From the NCBI GenBank assembly GCA_964354495.1, contig CAYHAA010000001.1, positions 615,010 through 647,009 on the forward strand: a stretch of 32,000 nt of DNA, given 5' to 3'. The position numbers and the translations under genes were made by a program. Numbering within the stretch: the first letter of the stretch is position 1; each line of letters starts with the position of its first letter. This document shows positions 1 through 8,977 of this stretch, piece by piece. The notes under the pieces were generated by a model that worked only from the letters and a program-made list of their open reading frames with translations, ran no database searches and was not told the origin of the DNA. This DNA comes from an uncultured archaeon. Its GTDB lineage: Archaea > Asgardarchaeota > Thorarchaeia > Thorarchaeales > Thorarchaeaceae.

Positions 1-1
1 G

Positions 2-823
2 GAAGCCTCTATTGTATTCATTGCGGAAGGATACTTGAACCTAAAGACTTCTCTAGAGTTCGATGTGGATCTTCCGTACAAAGAGATAGCATTCGATTTC
101 AGTACGACTCCTTGGGCAATTGACTCCATCTACGGACAGTTCAGAGAATTAGCTGTGGAGCTAGGTGCAATCGGTTTCTCAATCGATGAACTTCGAAGTC
201 TAGATGAAATCAATATTGCATCATTGAATCGATATGATGCAGTCTTTGTCTTTGACCCATGCGCATGGGACTATATCATCGAAAATAATTCTGCATCCAA
301 GGTTTCACGATATTCCTATACACCCACAAAAATCAACTCGTATGTTCAATACTGGGAACAAGGTGGCAGTCTATTCCTGGTGGGGTTCTCGAACTCGAGC
401 ATCGATCTTGAGAGTGCGAATAGTCTTTTTGCAGCATTCAACGTCACACTCAACTATGACAGAATTCCAGTGATAACAATCATCGTCAATGGAGTGGTAT
501 CAACAACTGAAATCGTGAAAATGATAGACCATCCAATCACCGAATCCGTCGATTCCTTCGACTACAATGGATGTTCTCTAAATCATACGGGAGATGTCTT
601 CGAGATTGCATGGACAGAAGTGTCATGGTTGGATGAAAACGACACAATACACATTGATAATCGGACAGTGCTTGCCGGTCTCGAGGGGCTGGCAGGCGGG
701 CGTGTCTTGGCCACAGGAAGCAACTTCTTCCTCGATAACTGGGCAATTAGAGACCTGTATCTCTCAAGTCAAAACCACGAACTTGTTCTGAAGGCTCTCC
801 TCTGGCTGGTTCACGAAGTCTGA
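2..823 (+). CDS. 5'-truncated protein ending in a GldG/IFT52-like (class I glutamine amidotransferase-like) domain; possibly the C-terminus of an S8/site-1-protease-like secreted protein
   Basis: The frame is open from base 2 (EASIVFIAEGYLNLKT...), so the true start lies outside the window. Motifs YDAVFVFDP, YWEQGGSLFLVG, HPITESV and GGRVLATGSNFFLDN match this domain type. The S8 assignment is inference only. Confidence 0.5.
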   Translation, partial: EASIVFIAEGYLNLKTSLEFDVDLPYKEIAFDFSTTPWAIDSIYGQFRELAVELGAIGFSIDELRSLDEINIASLNRYDAVFVFDPCAWDYIIENNSASKVSRYSYTPTKINSYVQYWEQGGSLFLVGFSNSSIDLESANSLFAAFNVTLNYDRIPVITIIVNGVVSTTEIVKMIDHPITESVDSFDYNGCSLNHTGDVFEIAWTEVSWLDENDTIHIDNRTVLAGLEGLAGGRVLATGSNFFLDNWAIRDLYLSSQNHELVLKALLWLVHEV

Positions 824-825
824 CG

Positions 826-1218
826 CTAAAGGAGTGGCGCTATTTTCTCTGTAGCTGTTGTTGCAGCATATACGAGAAGTCCTGTCTTGACCCCCTTGCT
901 CGCAGCGAGAACTAGAATCGCTTTTTCTCCAGCGCTCTTCATGATCACTAGTCCTTTCTCATTGGTCATTAAAATCTCTTCCAATGCTCCCTGGTCCAGT
1001 CTCTCAGCTGCCATGTCTGCAACACCAAGAATGGATGCTGCCATTGCTGCAATCTCTGCTTCTTCAAGACCATGTGGCACTGCGCTTGATATGGGAAGAC
1101 CTTCTCTGGAAAGCAACATCCAAGCTCGAATTCCAGAGGCTAATGCAGTAGACTCTTCCATAATCAGTCTGAGTTTCTCCTGAAACTCTTCCAAGCCGGA
1201 ATCTAACATAGTGCCCAC
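826..1218 (-). CDS. Roadblock/LC7 domain protein
   Basis: 130 aa with LLSREGLPISS, AAMAASILGVADMAAERL, LEEILMTNEKGLVIM and AGEKAILVLA, the typical MglB/Roadblock pattern. Confidence 0.9.
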   Translation of the reverse strand: MGTMLDSGLEEFQEKLRLIMEESTALASGIRAWMLLSREGLPISSAVPHGLEEAEIAAMAASILGVADMAAERLDQGALEEILMTNEKGLVIMKSAGEKAILVLAASKGVKTGLLVYAATTATEKIAPLL

Positions 1219-1352
1219 TCTACTCTCTCTCTATGAGCTACGAGAGACTTAGAAGTGCCAATTAATAAAGTTTGCATGACTATTGTAACTATTATGTCAG
1301 AAATGAGGTCTACTCTGCTTCGGTTCGCTGCTTGAAAGAGGTGATTCATTCA

Positions 1353-1988
1353 TTGGGTCTAATTCGCAAGATTGAGCCTACATCAGGAGATGATTCTACT
1401 ATCGGGTGGAAATCAGGAGTCAGGATCCTTGGCATCGCTGAGAGCTTCAAGAAGAGCCAACTCACAAGCCTTGTTGCAGGAGTCGTGATGCGAGGCGATT
1501 TTCGGATTGATGGATTCGGCATCTGCCAGCCCACGATTGGAGGCACTGACTCCACTGCGTCATTGCTACAACTCTTTCGAAGACTGAAGAGGCATGACAT
1601 TCGAGCATGGATGCTCGGCGGCAGTCTGATCTCATGGTTCAATGTAGTCGACATCGTTGAACTCTATGTGGCAACCGGAGTACCTGTTGTCTGTGTGACC
1701 TATCATCCTTCAGAAGGCATCGAGAAATACCTGAAAGAGTACTTTCCGGATGATTGGCAATCGAGACTCGCGACTCTCGCTAAAGGTGGCGCTCGGACTC
1801 CTATACAACTGGAAACAGGTCATTCAGCCTTTCTTACGACTGCCGGAGTCGGAATAGAAAGAGCAAAGCGGCTCTTGGATAGGTTCACCCTCGATGGGAG
1901 GATTCCTGAACCCGTCCGAGTGGCACGTCTGGCGGCTGCCGGTCTATATCGAGACATGTTTCACAGCACAATCGAAGGCGAGCTCTAG
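1353..1988 (+). CDS. DUF99 family protein (endonuclease V-like, RNase H fold)
   Basis: RILGIAESF, GVVMRGDFRIDG, GGTDST, SWFNVVD and GRIPEPVRVARL. Start moved to the in-frame TTG at 1353 because GAGGTGA lies at 1338-1344. Confidence 0.85.
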   Translation: MGLIRKIEPTSGDDSTIGWKSGVRILGIAESFKKSQLTSLVAGVVMRGDFRIDGFGICQPTIGGTDSTASLLQLFRRLKRHDIRAWMLGGSLISWFNVVDIVELYVATGVPVVCVTYHPSEGIEKYLKEYFPDDWQSRLATLAKGGARTPIQLETGHSAFLTTAGVGIERAKRLLDRFTLDGRIPEPVRVARLAAAGLYRDMFHSTIEGEL

Positions 1989-1996
1989 TAGTGACC

Positions 1997-2626
1997 TCAT
2001 TCTTCAAGATGAATGTTTAAATCATCTGCATTTTTCTTGTGCCTTTGTAGGAGAATACTGTATATCGCATTGAGGATGTCTATCCCGAGTGTTTCAAAAG
2101 TGTGCTGAGACGAGGCGAAAAACTGGTGTAGGATTCTTGGTGATACACCTGAGTCTTCCAAGTCCAGCACATGGACCAGCATGTCAATAATGTCCGCACC
2201 TCTCACTACTTTTGCTTCGATAGTTGTGCAGTCTTCGTACTCCTCCCAGATTGACATGAGTTGCTTTGAGGAGCCTGTCTTGCCCCGGAGTATGGCCTGA
2301 ATTGCGTCTTTCTCCATATCGTGCTTCAGTGTCTTTTTCGAAGATCTGCCAAGTTGGCTAGCATTATGCGGAATATCAGATGTCAGAGACTCTGGAAGAT
2401 CATGGATTGCTGCCATGATTAGAGTCTTTTCTATATTCAGCTGAACTCCGGTCCTTGCCAAGTACTGAGAAATGTAGATACTCGACATGATGGTTCCGTA
2501 TGAATGCTCTGCAACTGATTCGGGTCTGAACTTATCCACGCCTGCAATGCCCCAACCAGACCTATTCACTCTCTTGAGAGCTACTGCGTTTCGCACAAGG
2601 TCGATGATGTCTTCAGGTGTTGCCAT
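1997..2626 (-). CDS. HD-domain 5'-deoxynucleotidase (YfbR/HDDC2-like)
   Basis: LKRVNRSGW, ESVAEHSY, AIHDLPES.TSDIP, WEEYE and ADIID. Start placed at ATG 2626 (MATPEDII); the ORF track extends to 2674. Confidence 0.85.
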   Translation of the reverse strand: MATPEDIIDLVRNAVALKRVNRSGWGIAGVDKFRPESVAEHSYGTIMSSIYISQYLARTGVQLNIEKTLIMAAIHDLPESLTSDIPHNASQLGRSSKKTLKHDMEKDAIQAILRGKTGSSKQLMSIWEEYEDCTTIEAKVVRGADIIDMLVHVLDLEDSGVSPRILHQFFASSQHTFETLGIDILNAIYSILLQRHKKNADDLNIHLEE

Positions 2627-2694
2627 TAATAAGGAATCCAAATGCGGACTTAAAAAGAGAATGTGGGGCGTCACACCCCAACTTCGACCTGCGT

Positions 2695-3819
2695 CTACGG
2701 CCAGGTATCTTCCACAACTATTGTCCCATTGATTATCATTGTTGCGTAGTCATTAATAGTATGAAGCAAGTCCGATGGAATCCAATTGCCGTTTCTAAAC
2801 CCACTGGTTATGTTGACACCTCCATTAGCCAGGTCGTACACAATTGGCGACTCTGTCTGAAGTGTCGAGAAATCATCCCACATCGTCGCGTTGATTATAT
2901 GGTAGACGGCGATGTCAGATCTTGGGACAACGCTTGTAAGAACCCATGAATAGCCCGCTCTTGTGTTGATATCAGGGAGCCCCAAGAAGTCTTGGTCACC
3001 CTCTGCGGCAATCACAAATGGCTCTCTGCCCGGGATATCATTGAACCAAGTATGGTTCGCATATACCATCGCTTCTCTGATGCCCATCATGCTTGCACGT
3101 ACTGGGGCAAAGATGACTGTTGCATTTCCGTCTGGGTAGTAAGGATTGAACATGGCTATTGCCAGGTCCCTTGCCTCCTCAGTATTGTTGTATGAACCGA
3201 CATACTGCTCGGGAAGAAGCGTGACATTCAGATTATCAGTCGTGTTAGCATAGATGAGGCCTTGCTTGAAACCAGCTATCAAGCTCTGCACTGTGAGGCT
3301 GGTTTCGACAGAACCAATGATACCAACTATTCCGCTACTCGTTTCGTTACCTACACTCATGTATGCAGCAAAAGATCCAGCAAGAAAAGCAGCCTCCTGC
3401 TGAGTGAATGTGGCTGAGATCACGTTGGTGGCAGAAACGGAACCACCAATAAACGCAAACTTCTGCGAAGCATGTGCGGATGCAACGGCTTGAATCTCAT
3501 CAGCTAGCTCTTCTCCAATAACAATGATCAAGTCATATGTTCCAGAACCTGCTAATTGCTCCAAGATTACCTCTGCATCTGCCTGATCAGTAGCAGTGAA
3601 ATAGAAGTAGTTTACAACAAGCTCGCCAGATAGCTCCTGAAGACCTAGATCGACTTGGTCGGCCATACTAAGGTCTCCGAAGCCCGGTTGGACAACGACC
3701 ACTGCGATATCAGGAGGGACGTACTGGTTGGTCAGGAAGACATAGCTTCCTACTCCAGAGAATACGAGTACAACGATGATGACAGATGCTATGGTGCTTG
3801 TCCGTGAGCTCAAAATCAT
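2695..3819 (-). CDS. BMP-family (basic membrane protein) substrate-binding protein with N-terminal membrane anchor
   Basis: Hydrophobic N-terminal helix, then PGFGDLSMADQVDLGL, YDLIIVIG, FTQQEAAFLAG and IGIIGSVE. Start may be TTG at 3813. Confidence 0.8.
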   Translation of the reverse strand: MILSSRTSTIASVIIVVLVFSGVGSYVFLTNQYVPPDIAVVVVQPGFGDLSMADQVDLGLQELSGELVVNYFYFTATDQADAEVILEQLAGSGTYDLIIVIGEELADEIQAVASAHASQKFAFIGGSVSATNVISATFTQQEAAFLAGSFAAYMSVGNETSSGIVGIIGSVETSLTVQSLIAGFKQGLIYANTTDNLNVTLLPEQYVGSYNNTEEARDLAIAMFNPYYPDGNATVIFAPVRASMMGIREAMVYANHTWFNDIPGREPFVIAAEGDQDFLGLPDINTRAGYSWVLTSVVPRSDIAVYHIINATMWDDFSTLQTESPIVYDLANGGVNITSGFRNGNWIPSDLLHTINDYATMIINGTIVVEDTWP

Positions 3820-3855
3820 GCCTCCATGGTCCTGAGTTCGTTGCTCGGGCCGGTC

Positions 3856-3865
3856 GATTTAAATC
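3856..3865 (-). promoter_or_regulatory. Putative TATA box (palindromic GATTTAAATC) for the BMP gene
   Basis: TTTAAA core about 40 nt upstream of the BMP start in a divergent intergenic region. Confidence 0.35.
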
Positions 3866-3936
3866 TGTTGCTCAGCGAAAATACTTTCACGAGCCATATA
3901 CGACGAAAAGGAGGTGTTGAAATCGAGGGGCATTAG

Positions 3937-3944
3937 TTATAAAT
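3937..3944 (+). promoter_or_regulatory. Putative TATA box (TTATAAAT) for the double-Roadblock gene
   Basis: Archaeal TATA consensus about 40 nt upstream of 3984, flanked by a short GCATT/AATGC inverted repeat. Confidence 0.4.
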
Positions 3945-3983
3945 GCGGTTGACAGTTCGAAATGTGAAGAAGAGTCTGAACTG

Positions 3984-4709
3984 GTGGTCATAATGCCTGG
4001 CGACACACTTGATGAAGTTGCTGGCCTTCTGGAAGAAACTCTGAAGGTTCATAGGTCAGTGAAGCAGGTGGTTCTATGCACGAGGGAAGGCGTTGTTGTG
4101 GCTGCAGTTGCACGAGAAGGAGATGCGGATTCGAGGGTGCTTGCTACTGTGTCGGCTGCCTTAGTATGGGGCGGCTCGACAGCTCTTGGACACCTCAGGA
4201 AGTCAGGACCCGCGCATCTTGTACAAACGACGAGCATAGAGAGAATTCTGACCGTTGTGCAGCCGCATTATCTCCTAATTGTGGTGGTGTCTAGGGCTGA
4301 TGATGCAGGCTTGGATCTTAATCAGCTTATCCCGACTTTTCAATCTCTGGCAACGAGGATGGAGCTTGTTATGGGCTCTACAAAAGTCTTCGGCAAGCAG
4401 ACACTCTTAGGCAAGATTGTTGAGCAAATACCTGAAATCACTCAAGCAGTCCTTTTGACTATTGAGGGACTTCCGCTGGGATCTGTGGGATTCACTGATG
4501 AGATAGAGTTTGCAGGACTTCTTGGTTCTCTTTTTGCCAATGGCCTGACCTATTCTAATGTCAGTCACTCAATATCCATCGACACTCCAGGGGTGCGTCT
4601 TTCCATCACATGTGTGGATGAAACCCGTCTCCTGGCGGTTGTTTGTCGGGGGCCGAATCCAGAGGAGCTTGTTCAAAGAGTTCAACTAGTTCTCGATGGC
4701 TCTGTCTAG
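3984..4709 (+). CDS. Tandem (two-domain) Roadblock/LC7 protein
   Basis: Two related halves: VKQVVLCTREGVVVA...RVLATVSAAL and ITQAVLLTIEGLPLGS...IEFAGLLGSL. Confidence 0.75.
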   Translation: MVIMPGDTLDEVAGLLEETLKVHRSVKQVVLCTREGVVVAAVAREGDADSRVLATVSAALVWGGSTALGHLRKSGPAHLVQTTSIERILTVVQPHYLLIVVVSRADDAGLDLNQLIPTFQSLATRMELVMGSTKVFGKQTLLGKIVEQIPEITQAVLLTIEGLPLGSVGFTDEIEFAGLLGSLFANGLTYSNVSHSISIDTPGVRLSITCVDETRLLAVVCRGPNPEELVQRVQLVLDGSV

Positions 4710-4724
4710 TCTTCTTGAATCCCT

Positions 4725-5420
4725 TCAGCTTTTGTTTGGTCCCGGTGCTATTTCATTTCCTTCGTCCTCGATGAAGGAGAACTGCCACTCTGTAAGCTTT
4801 ATGGTGACAAAGCAGTCCTTTCCCCTCTCTGGGCAGTCAATTCGAACCGTGACATGGTCGGGTGTAGTCTCTCTTATCTGGGGATTCAAGCATCCGTCCT
4901 CTAGCTTCTCCATCAAGAAAATCACATACGCCTCTGTGATGATATTGAGGCTTCCCTTCAAGAGCGACTCGCCTAGATCTGCGAGGAAGTGACGTTTCTT
5001 GCGTCCCTCTCTGACCACCTTGATGAGACCGACTTCTTCCATTCTGGAGATATGCCAGCGTATTGTGTCATGGTGTACCTGGAGTGTTCCAGCCATCTGT
5101 TCTTGGTGACATCCTGGATTGTTGACTACATAGGCAAAGACCTTCTGTGCGGTGTCACTGCGCATTGTCAGATATGCCATCTCTGCCTCTTGAGAGCGAA
5201 GCATCTTAGGATAGTACAGTCTCTTTCCCGCGAACTTGATTGACTTTACAAGTCCTTCTCTCTCAAGAATGCGCAAGTGCCAGGTAAGGGTTCCTAACGG
5301 TGATGAGAGAATATCGACAAGTTCGAGCAAGTATGTTCCCGGATTCTCACATAATACTTGATACAACTCTCGACGAAACGGATGCAGAAGCAAAGACATT
5401 CTCTTCTGTTTTCCCATCAT
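4725..5420 (-). CDS. Double winged-helix transcriptional regulator (COG3398-like) with C-terminal extension
   Basis: HPFRRELYQVLCENPG...LGTLTWHLRILEREGLV and VFAYVVNNPG...TIRWHISRMEEVGLI are two ArsR/MarR-type wHTH units. Confidence 0.8.
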   Translation of the reverse strand: MMGKQKRMSLLLHPFRRELYQVLCENPGTYLLELVDILSSPLGTLTWHLRILEREGLVKSIKFAGKRLYYPKMLRSQEAEMAYLTMRSDTAQKVFAYVVNNPGCHQEQMAGTLQVHHDTIRWHISRMEEVGLIKVVREGRKKRHFLADLGESLLKGSLNIITEAYVIFLMEKLEDGCLNPQIRETTPDHVTVRIDCPERGKDCFVTIKLTEWQFSFIEDEGNEIAPGPNKS

Positions 5421-5595
5421 CGGGTGCCTCTCGACTCGTTATTCTACACTGTTCTACATCGACATTAAAAGTTCTTCGAATTGGTGTTTATTCATTGCTA
5501 TTCCGTGCAGATGTTCACACTACACAAGTCTTTTATCATGAACTCAGAGTTATCACCTATATTCCACCTTGAAGCCAACTGAGGTAGGTTGTAGC

Positions 5596-7428
5596 TTGTG
5601 CGGGATAACCGGAATCGTCACTCACGATTTGGATAACATTGGTGAGCTACTCGTACGATGTAGTAGCAAGCTCACCTATCGCGGCTACGACTCAGTTGGA
5701 GTTGCAGCAGTACGCAGAGGCGTTGTGGAATTAAGAAAGGACGTTGGCACGATTGAAGAAGTGGATGCTCTTCTTGGTCTCTCAAAATTGAAGGGCGACC
5801 GCGGTATTGCTCAGCTCCGCTGGGCGACGTATGGAGCTCCAAACAAAATCAATGCCCAACCTCATTTTGGCTGTAAAGAAACCTTTTACGGAGCTCACAA
5901 CGGGAATATTCACAACTATGTTGAGTACCGACGTGAACTAGTAGACACTGGTCATATTGTAAGATCCGAGAATGATGGTGAGCTTTGTGTCCATGCAGTA
6001 GACAAGTACTACGAAAAGACTGGAGACATGTTCGAGGCAGTACGACTCTCCACGAATGACCTGAAAGGTGCTTTTGCTTATGTTGTTGGCCGGTCAGATC
6101 AGAAAGAGATCTATGCTGTCAAGATGGGGTCTACTCTTGTTGCGGGAGTTGCTGGTGACGCCACGATTGTATCAAGTGATTTGCCATCGATTCTGCCGCT
6201 CACTAACCGAGTCATCTATTTGGCTGATGGCGAAATGCTCTCTCTCACGCCCGATGAGGTGAAAGTCTTCAGGATAGATAACGGAAAGCAGCTTGAGCGA
6301 AGGCCTGAGATTTCGCATGTAGATGCACGGGCAGCAGAGAAGGGTGGCTTTCCTCACTTCATGCTGAAAGAGATCAACGAGCAACCTAAAGTTGTGCAGG
6401 ATCTCATGGGGGTCTTGGAGGGACAACAGAACGAGAGATGGCTTAGACTGCTAGAAGATGCGTCACGTCATTATCTTATCGCGTGTGGGTCTTCGTATAA
6501 TGCAAGCATCGTCGGGACCTACTATTTCAACAGATTGGCAGGACTTCCCCTAATTCACGCTTTGGGCGGCCAGTTTGAACCCATGTATGGAAGGACTTTG
6601 AACCCTGATAGCGTCAGCATCTTGGTTTCACAAAGTGGCGAAACCAAAGACATCCTCAACGTTCTCGATATGATCTATGAAAATGACTATGGAAAGACGC
6701 TAGGCATCGTGAATGTCACTGGTAGTACACTCATGTTCAAGGCGAATTCTTATGTTCCTATGACTTGCGGGTATGAAATCTCTGTGCCTGCTACGAAGAC
6801 CTACTATTCTCAGTCAGTCATCCTCGCTTTCTTGGCTGCCAAACTTGGTGAGCGGAACGGGCATCTGGACCCGTCTGAGGCGAAGTCCTTTGTCAAAAGA
6901 CTCCTGACTGACCTTCCTAAGCTCACCCAGACAACTATTGACCGAACAGGCATTCTTGCAAAGAACCTAGCAAAAACGTTGATTGATGTGAAGGATCTGT
7001 ACTGCCTTGGCTATGGCTTCACTGATGGAGTGGCTAGAGAGGGAGCTCTGAAGATCAAGGAGATCTGCTATAATCATTGCGAGGGAATGTACTCCTCGGA
7101 GTTCAAACACGGTCCCCTGAGTATTGTGACCAAGAAATACCCAGTCATCTTTGTAACGACGACAGAAGACAGCTGGATGGTCATCAATCATATTAACGAG
7201 GTGAAAGCTAGGTCTGGACGTACCATCATTGTCGGTGAGCAGGAAGCCAGTCTCACACCCTATGTCGCACATAGAGATGACTATCTTATTGTACCGAAAT
7301 CAGATTTACTCCTGAATCCTATACTCGATGTTATTCCATTGCAGCTACTGAGCTACTTCTTGTCTGTAGACCTTGGCATTAATCCTGACCTTCCGAGGAA
7401 TCTATCGAAGACGCTGACAGTGGATTGA
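5596..7428 (+). CDS. glmS: Glutamine--fructose-6-phosphate transaminase (isomerizing)
   Basis: TTG at 5596 gives MCGITG with the catalytic Cys, and GAGGT RBS lies at 5581. Also YRGYDSVG, RWATYG, NAQPH, HNGNIHN, SQSGET, EGALKIKE and C-terminal PRNLSKTLTVD. Confidence 0.97.
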   Translation: MCGITGIVTHDLDNIGELLVRCSSKLTYRGYDSVGVAAVRRGVVELRKDVGTIEEVDALLGLSKLKGDRGIAQLRWATYGAPNKINAQPHFGCKETFYGAHNGNIHNYVEYRRELVDTGHIVRSENDGELCVHAVDKYYEKTGDMFEAVRLSTNDLKGAFAYVVGRSDQKEIYAVKMGSTLVAGVAGDATIVSSDLPSILPLTNRVIYLADGEMLSLTPDEVKVFRIDNGKQLERRPEISHVDARAAEKGGFPHFMLKEINEQPKVVQDLMGVLEGQQNERWLRLLEDASRHYLIACGSSYNASIVGTYYFNRLAGLPLIHALGGQFEPMYGRTLNPDSVSILVSQSGETKDILNVLDMIYENDYGKTLGIVNVTGSTLMFKANSYVPMTCGYEISVPATKTYYSQSVILAFLAAKLGERNGHLDPSEAKSFVKRLLTDLPKLTQTTIDRTGILAKNLAKTLIDVKDLYCLGYGFTDGVAREGALKIKEICYNHCEGMYSSEFKHGPLSIVTKKYPVIFVTTTEDSWMVINHINEVKARSGRTIIVGEQEASLTPYVAHRDDYLIVPKSDLLLNPILDVIPLQLLSYFLSVDLGINPDLPRNLSKTLTVD

Positions 7429-7437
7429 GAATGAGTT

Positions 7438-7836
7438 TTACTCGTTCTCGCCACCAGATTCACCAATTCGTATGGCACGCATTTCAGAGGACGTGACTGC
7501 ACAGGCATCAAAGCCAGTTCTGATACTGATTATCTCCTCTTCACTTACTTCCTTGACGCTCAAAAGCTCGTTTTCGTCACTAAGGACCCATTGTCCATAA
7601 ACATGCAGACCGCTTTCTGTTTCACATTCCAAGAGCCCAACATTGCCTGCGCTCGACCACCAACTAAGGCAGCTCACCGGATGTTCAAGTTCCTGCAACA
7701 TTTCGGTCCATAGATGTTTTAGTCTTGTAGGTCCATATTCGTTGCGAAAGGCAATCAAGAAACTGCCTCTCTTCCCCCTGAGCTTGTTGGCTATTGTTCT
7801 GGTCTCATCATCGGAGAAAAGCTTCATGGTATTCAA
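7438..7836 (-). CDS. Hypothetical protein
   Basis: 132-aa ORF filling the gap between glmS and the divergent RimK-family gene; no family recognised. Confidence 0.6.
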   Translation of the reverse strand: MNTMKLFSDDETRTIANKLRGKRGSFLIAFRNEYGPTRLKHLWTEMLQELEHPVSCLSWWSSAGNVGLLECETESGLHVYGQWVLSDENELLSVKEVSEEEIISIRTGFDACAVTSSEMRAIRIGESGGENE

Positions 7837-7914
7837 CCTATGTCAACATTCAAGAGAACATAAAAGGTCGGCGTTAAGGGATAATAGTGGAATTCAAGTG
7901 GGTGACATAGTACA

Positions 7915-8808
7915 ATGCAGCGCATATCCAGCATAGGTCTCTTTTCCTCTGACCCCTATTCTCAACGAGCCGAAACACTTACCGTGGCATTTGAAAACCT
8001 GGGCGTGAGGACACATCGAATTCTGCCGTGGAAGGTTTCGAGATGGGGTGGCACTGAAACGCACAGGATTCTCCACGATGGATACGATCTCACTCAACTG
8101 GATGCTCTTCTTGTTCTTGACTTGGGTGCAAATGACATTGGTGCATTCTTCAACAGAGTCGGGCTTTTGTCTGCCCTTACGGAACTAGGTGTCAGAGTTG
8201 TGAACTCCGTATCATCAATACTGCTTATGCGCAACAAGGCTGAAACCATGAGAAAACTAGTGTCGGGAGGTCTTCCAGTCCCTAAGACTCTAATTACAGA
8301 GTCCATCGATGATGCGGCATTATTCGTTCGCGAGAACTTCCCATGCGTTCTCAAACCGATTACCGGATTCGGAGGCCTTGGCGTGCAGCTCATTGAACGT
8401 GAATTCGACCTCGACAACATCTATGATTATCTGAAATTTCATAGCCAAATGTTTGGTAAGGGCGCCTACATTCTTCAAGAATACATCAGAAGCCCGGGGT
8501 ATGACATACGAGCCTTGGTATTAGATGATAAAGTGATTGCCAGCATGCAACGAGTAGGGGGTGAGGGTATAACCAACAATATCCATTCGGGAGGGGTTCC
8601 GCGCAAGAACTCAATAGATGTCACTGACTTGTCTCTCCTAGCTGCCAGGTCAGTAAGAGGTACACTTGTGGGAGTTGATATCATTCCAGATCAGGATGAC
8701 AACCTCTGGGTGTTGGAAGCGAATGCAACACCTGGCTGGGCTGGTCTCCAGCAAGTCACGGACTTTGATATATCTGAGAGAGTCGCCAATGTACTCTCAA
8801 GAGTGTGA
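7915..8808 (+). CDS. RimK-family ATP-grasp alpha-L-glutamate ligase (MptN/CofF/RimK/LysX-like)
   Basis: RNKAET, GLPVPKT, VLKPITGFGGLGV, YILQEYI, DIRALV, NNIHSGG, GVDII and LEANATPGWAGL. Confidence 0.9.
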   Translation: MQRISSIGLFSSDPYSQRAETLTVAFENLGVRTHRILPWKVSRWGGTETHRILHDGYDLTQLDALLVLDLGANDIGAFFNRVGLLSALTELGVRVVNSVSSILLMRNKAETMRKLVSGGLPVPKTLITESIDDAALFVRENFPCVLKPITGFGGLGVQLIEREFDLDNIYDYLKFHSQMFGKGAYILQEYIRSPGYDIRALVLDDKVIASMQRVGGEGITNNIHSGGVPRKNSIDVTDLSLLAARSVRGTLVGVDIIPDQDDNLWVLEANATPGWAGLQQVTDFDISERVANVLSRV

Positions 8809-8868
8809 GTTAGCAGCGCAGAAACCGTCTAGAATGCTGTTCCCATGATAAAGCTTTTAAGACAGCTT

Positions 8869-8945
8869 CAGGCGGAAAGGACTTGTTTACGTACCATCTC
8901 GGAGTTAGCTCCTGAGTGTGAACGGAATCCGCCCTGCGTGCAGGG
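8869..8945 (+). promoter_or_regulatory. Structured intergenic element (nested stems) upstream of the coiled-coil gene
   Basis: CAGGCGGA (8869-8876) pairs with TCCGCC(C)TG (8928-8936), GTTTAC (8885-8890) with GTGAAC (8918-8923), and CTC-GGAG-ttag-CTCC-t-GAG spans 8898-8916. A competing hairpin CCCTG-cgtg-CAGGG follows. Confidence 0.35.
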
Positions 8946-8977
8946 ATAGTAAAATGATGTTCTGAGGTCTACAGGGT

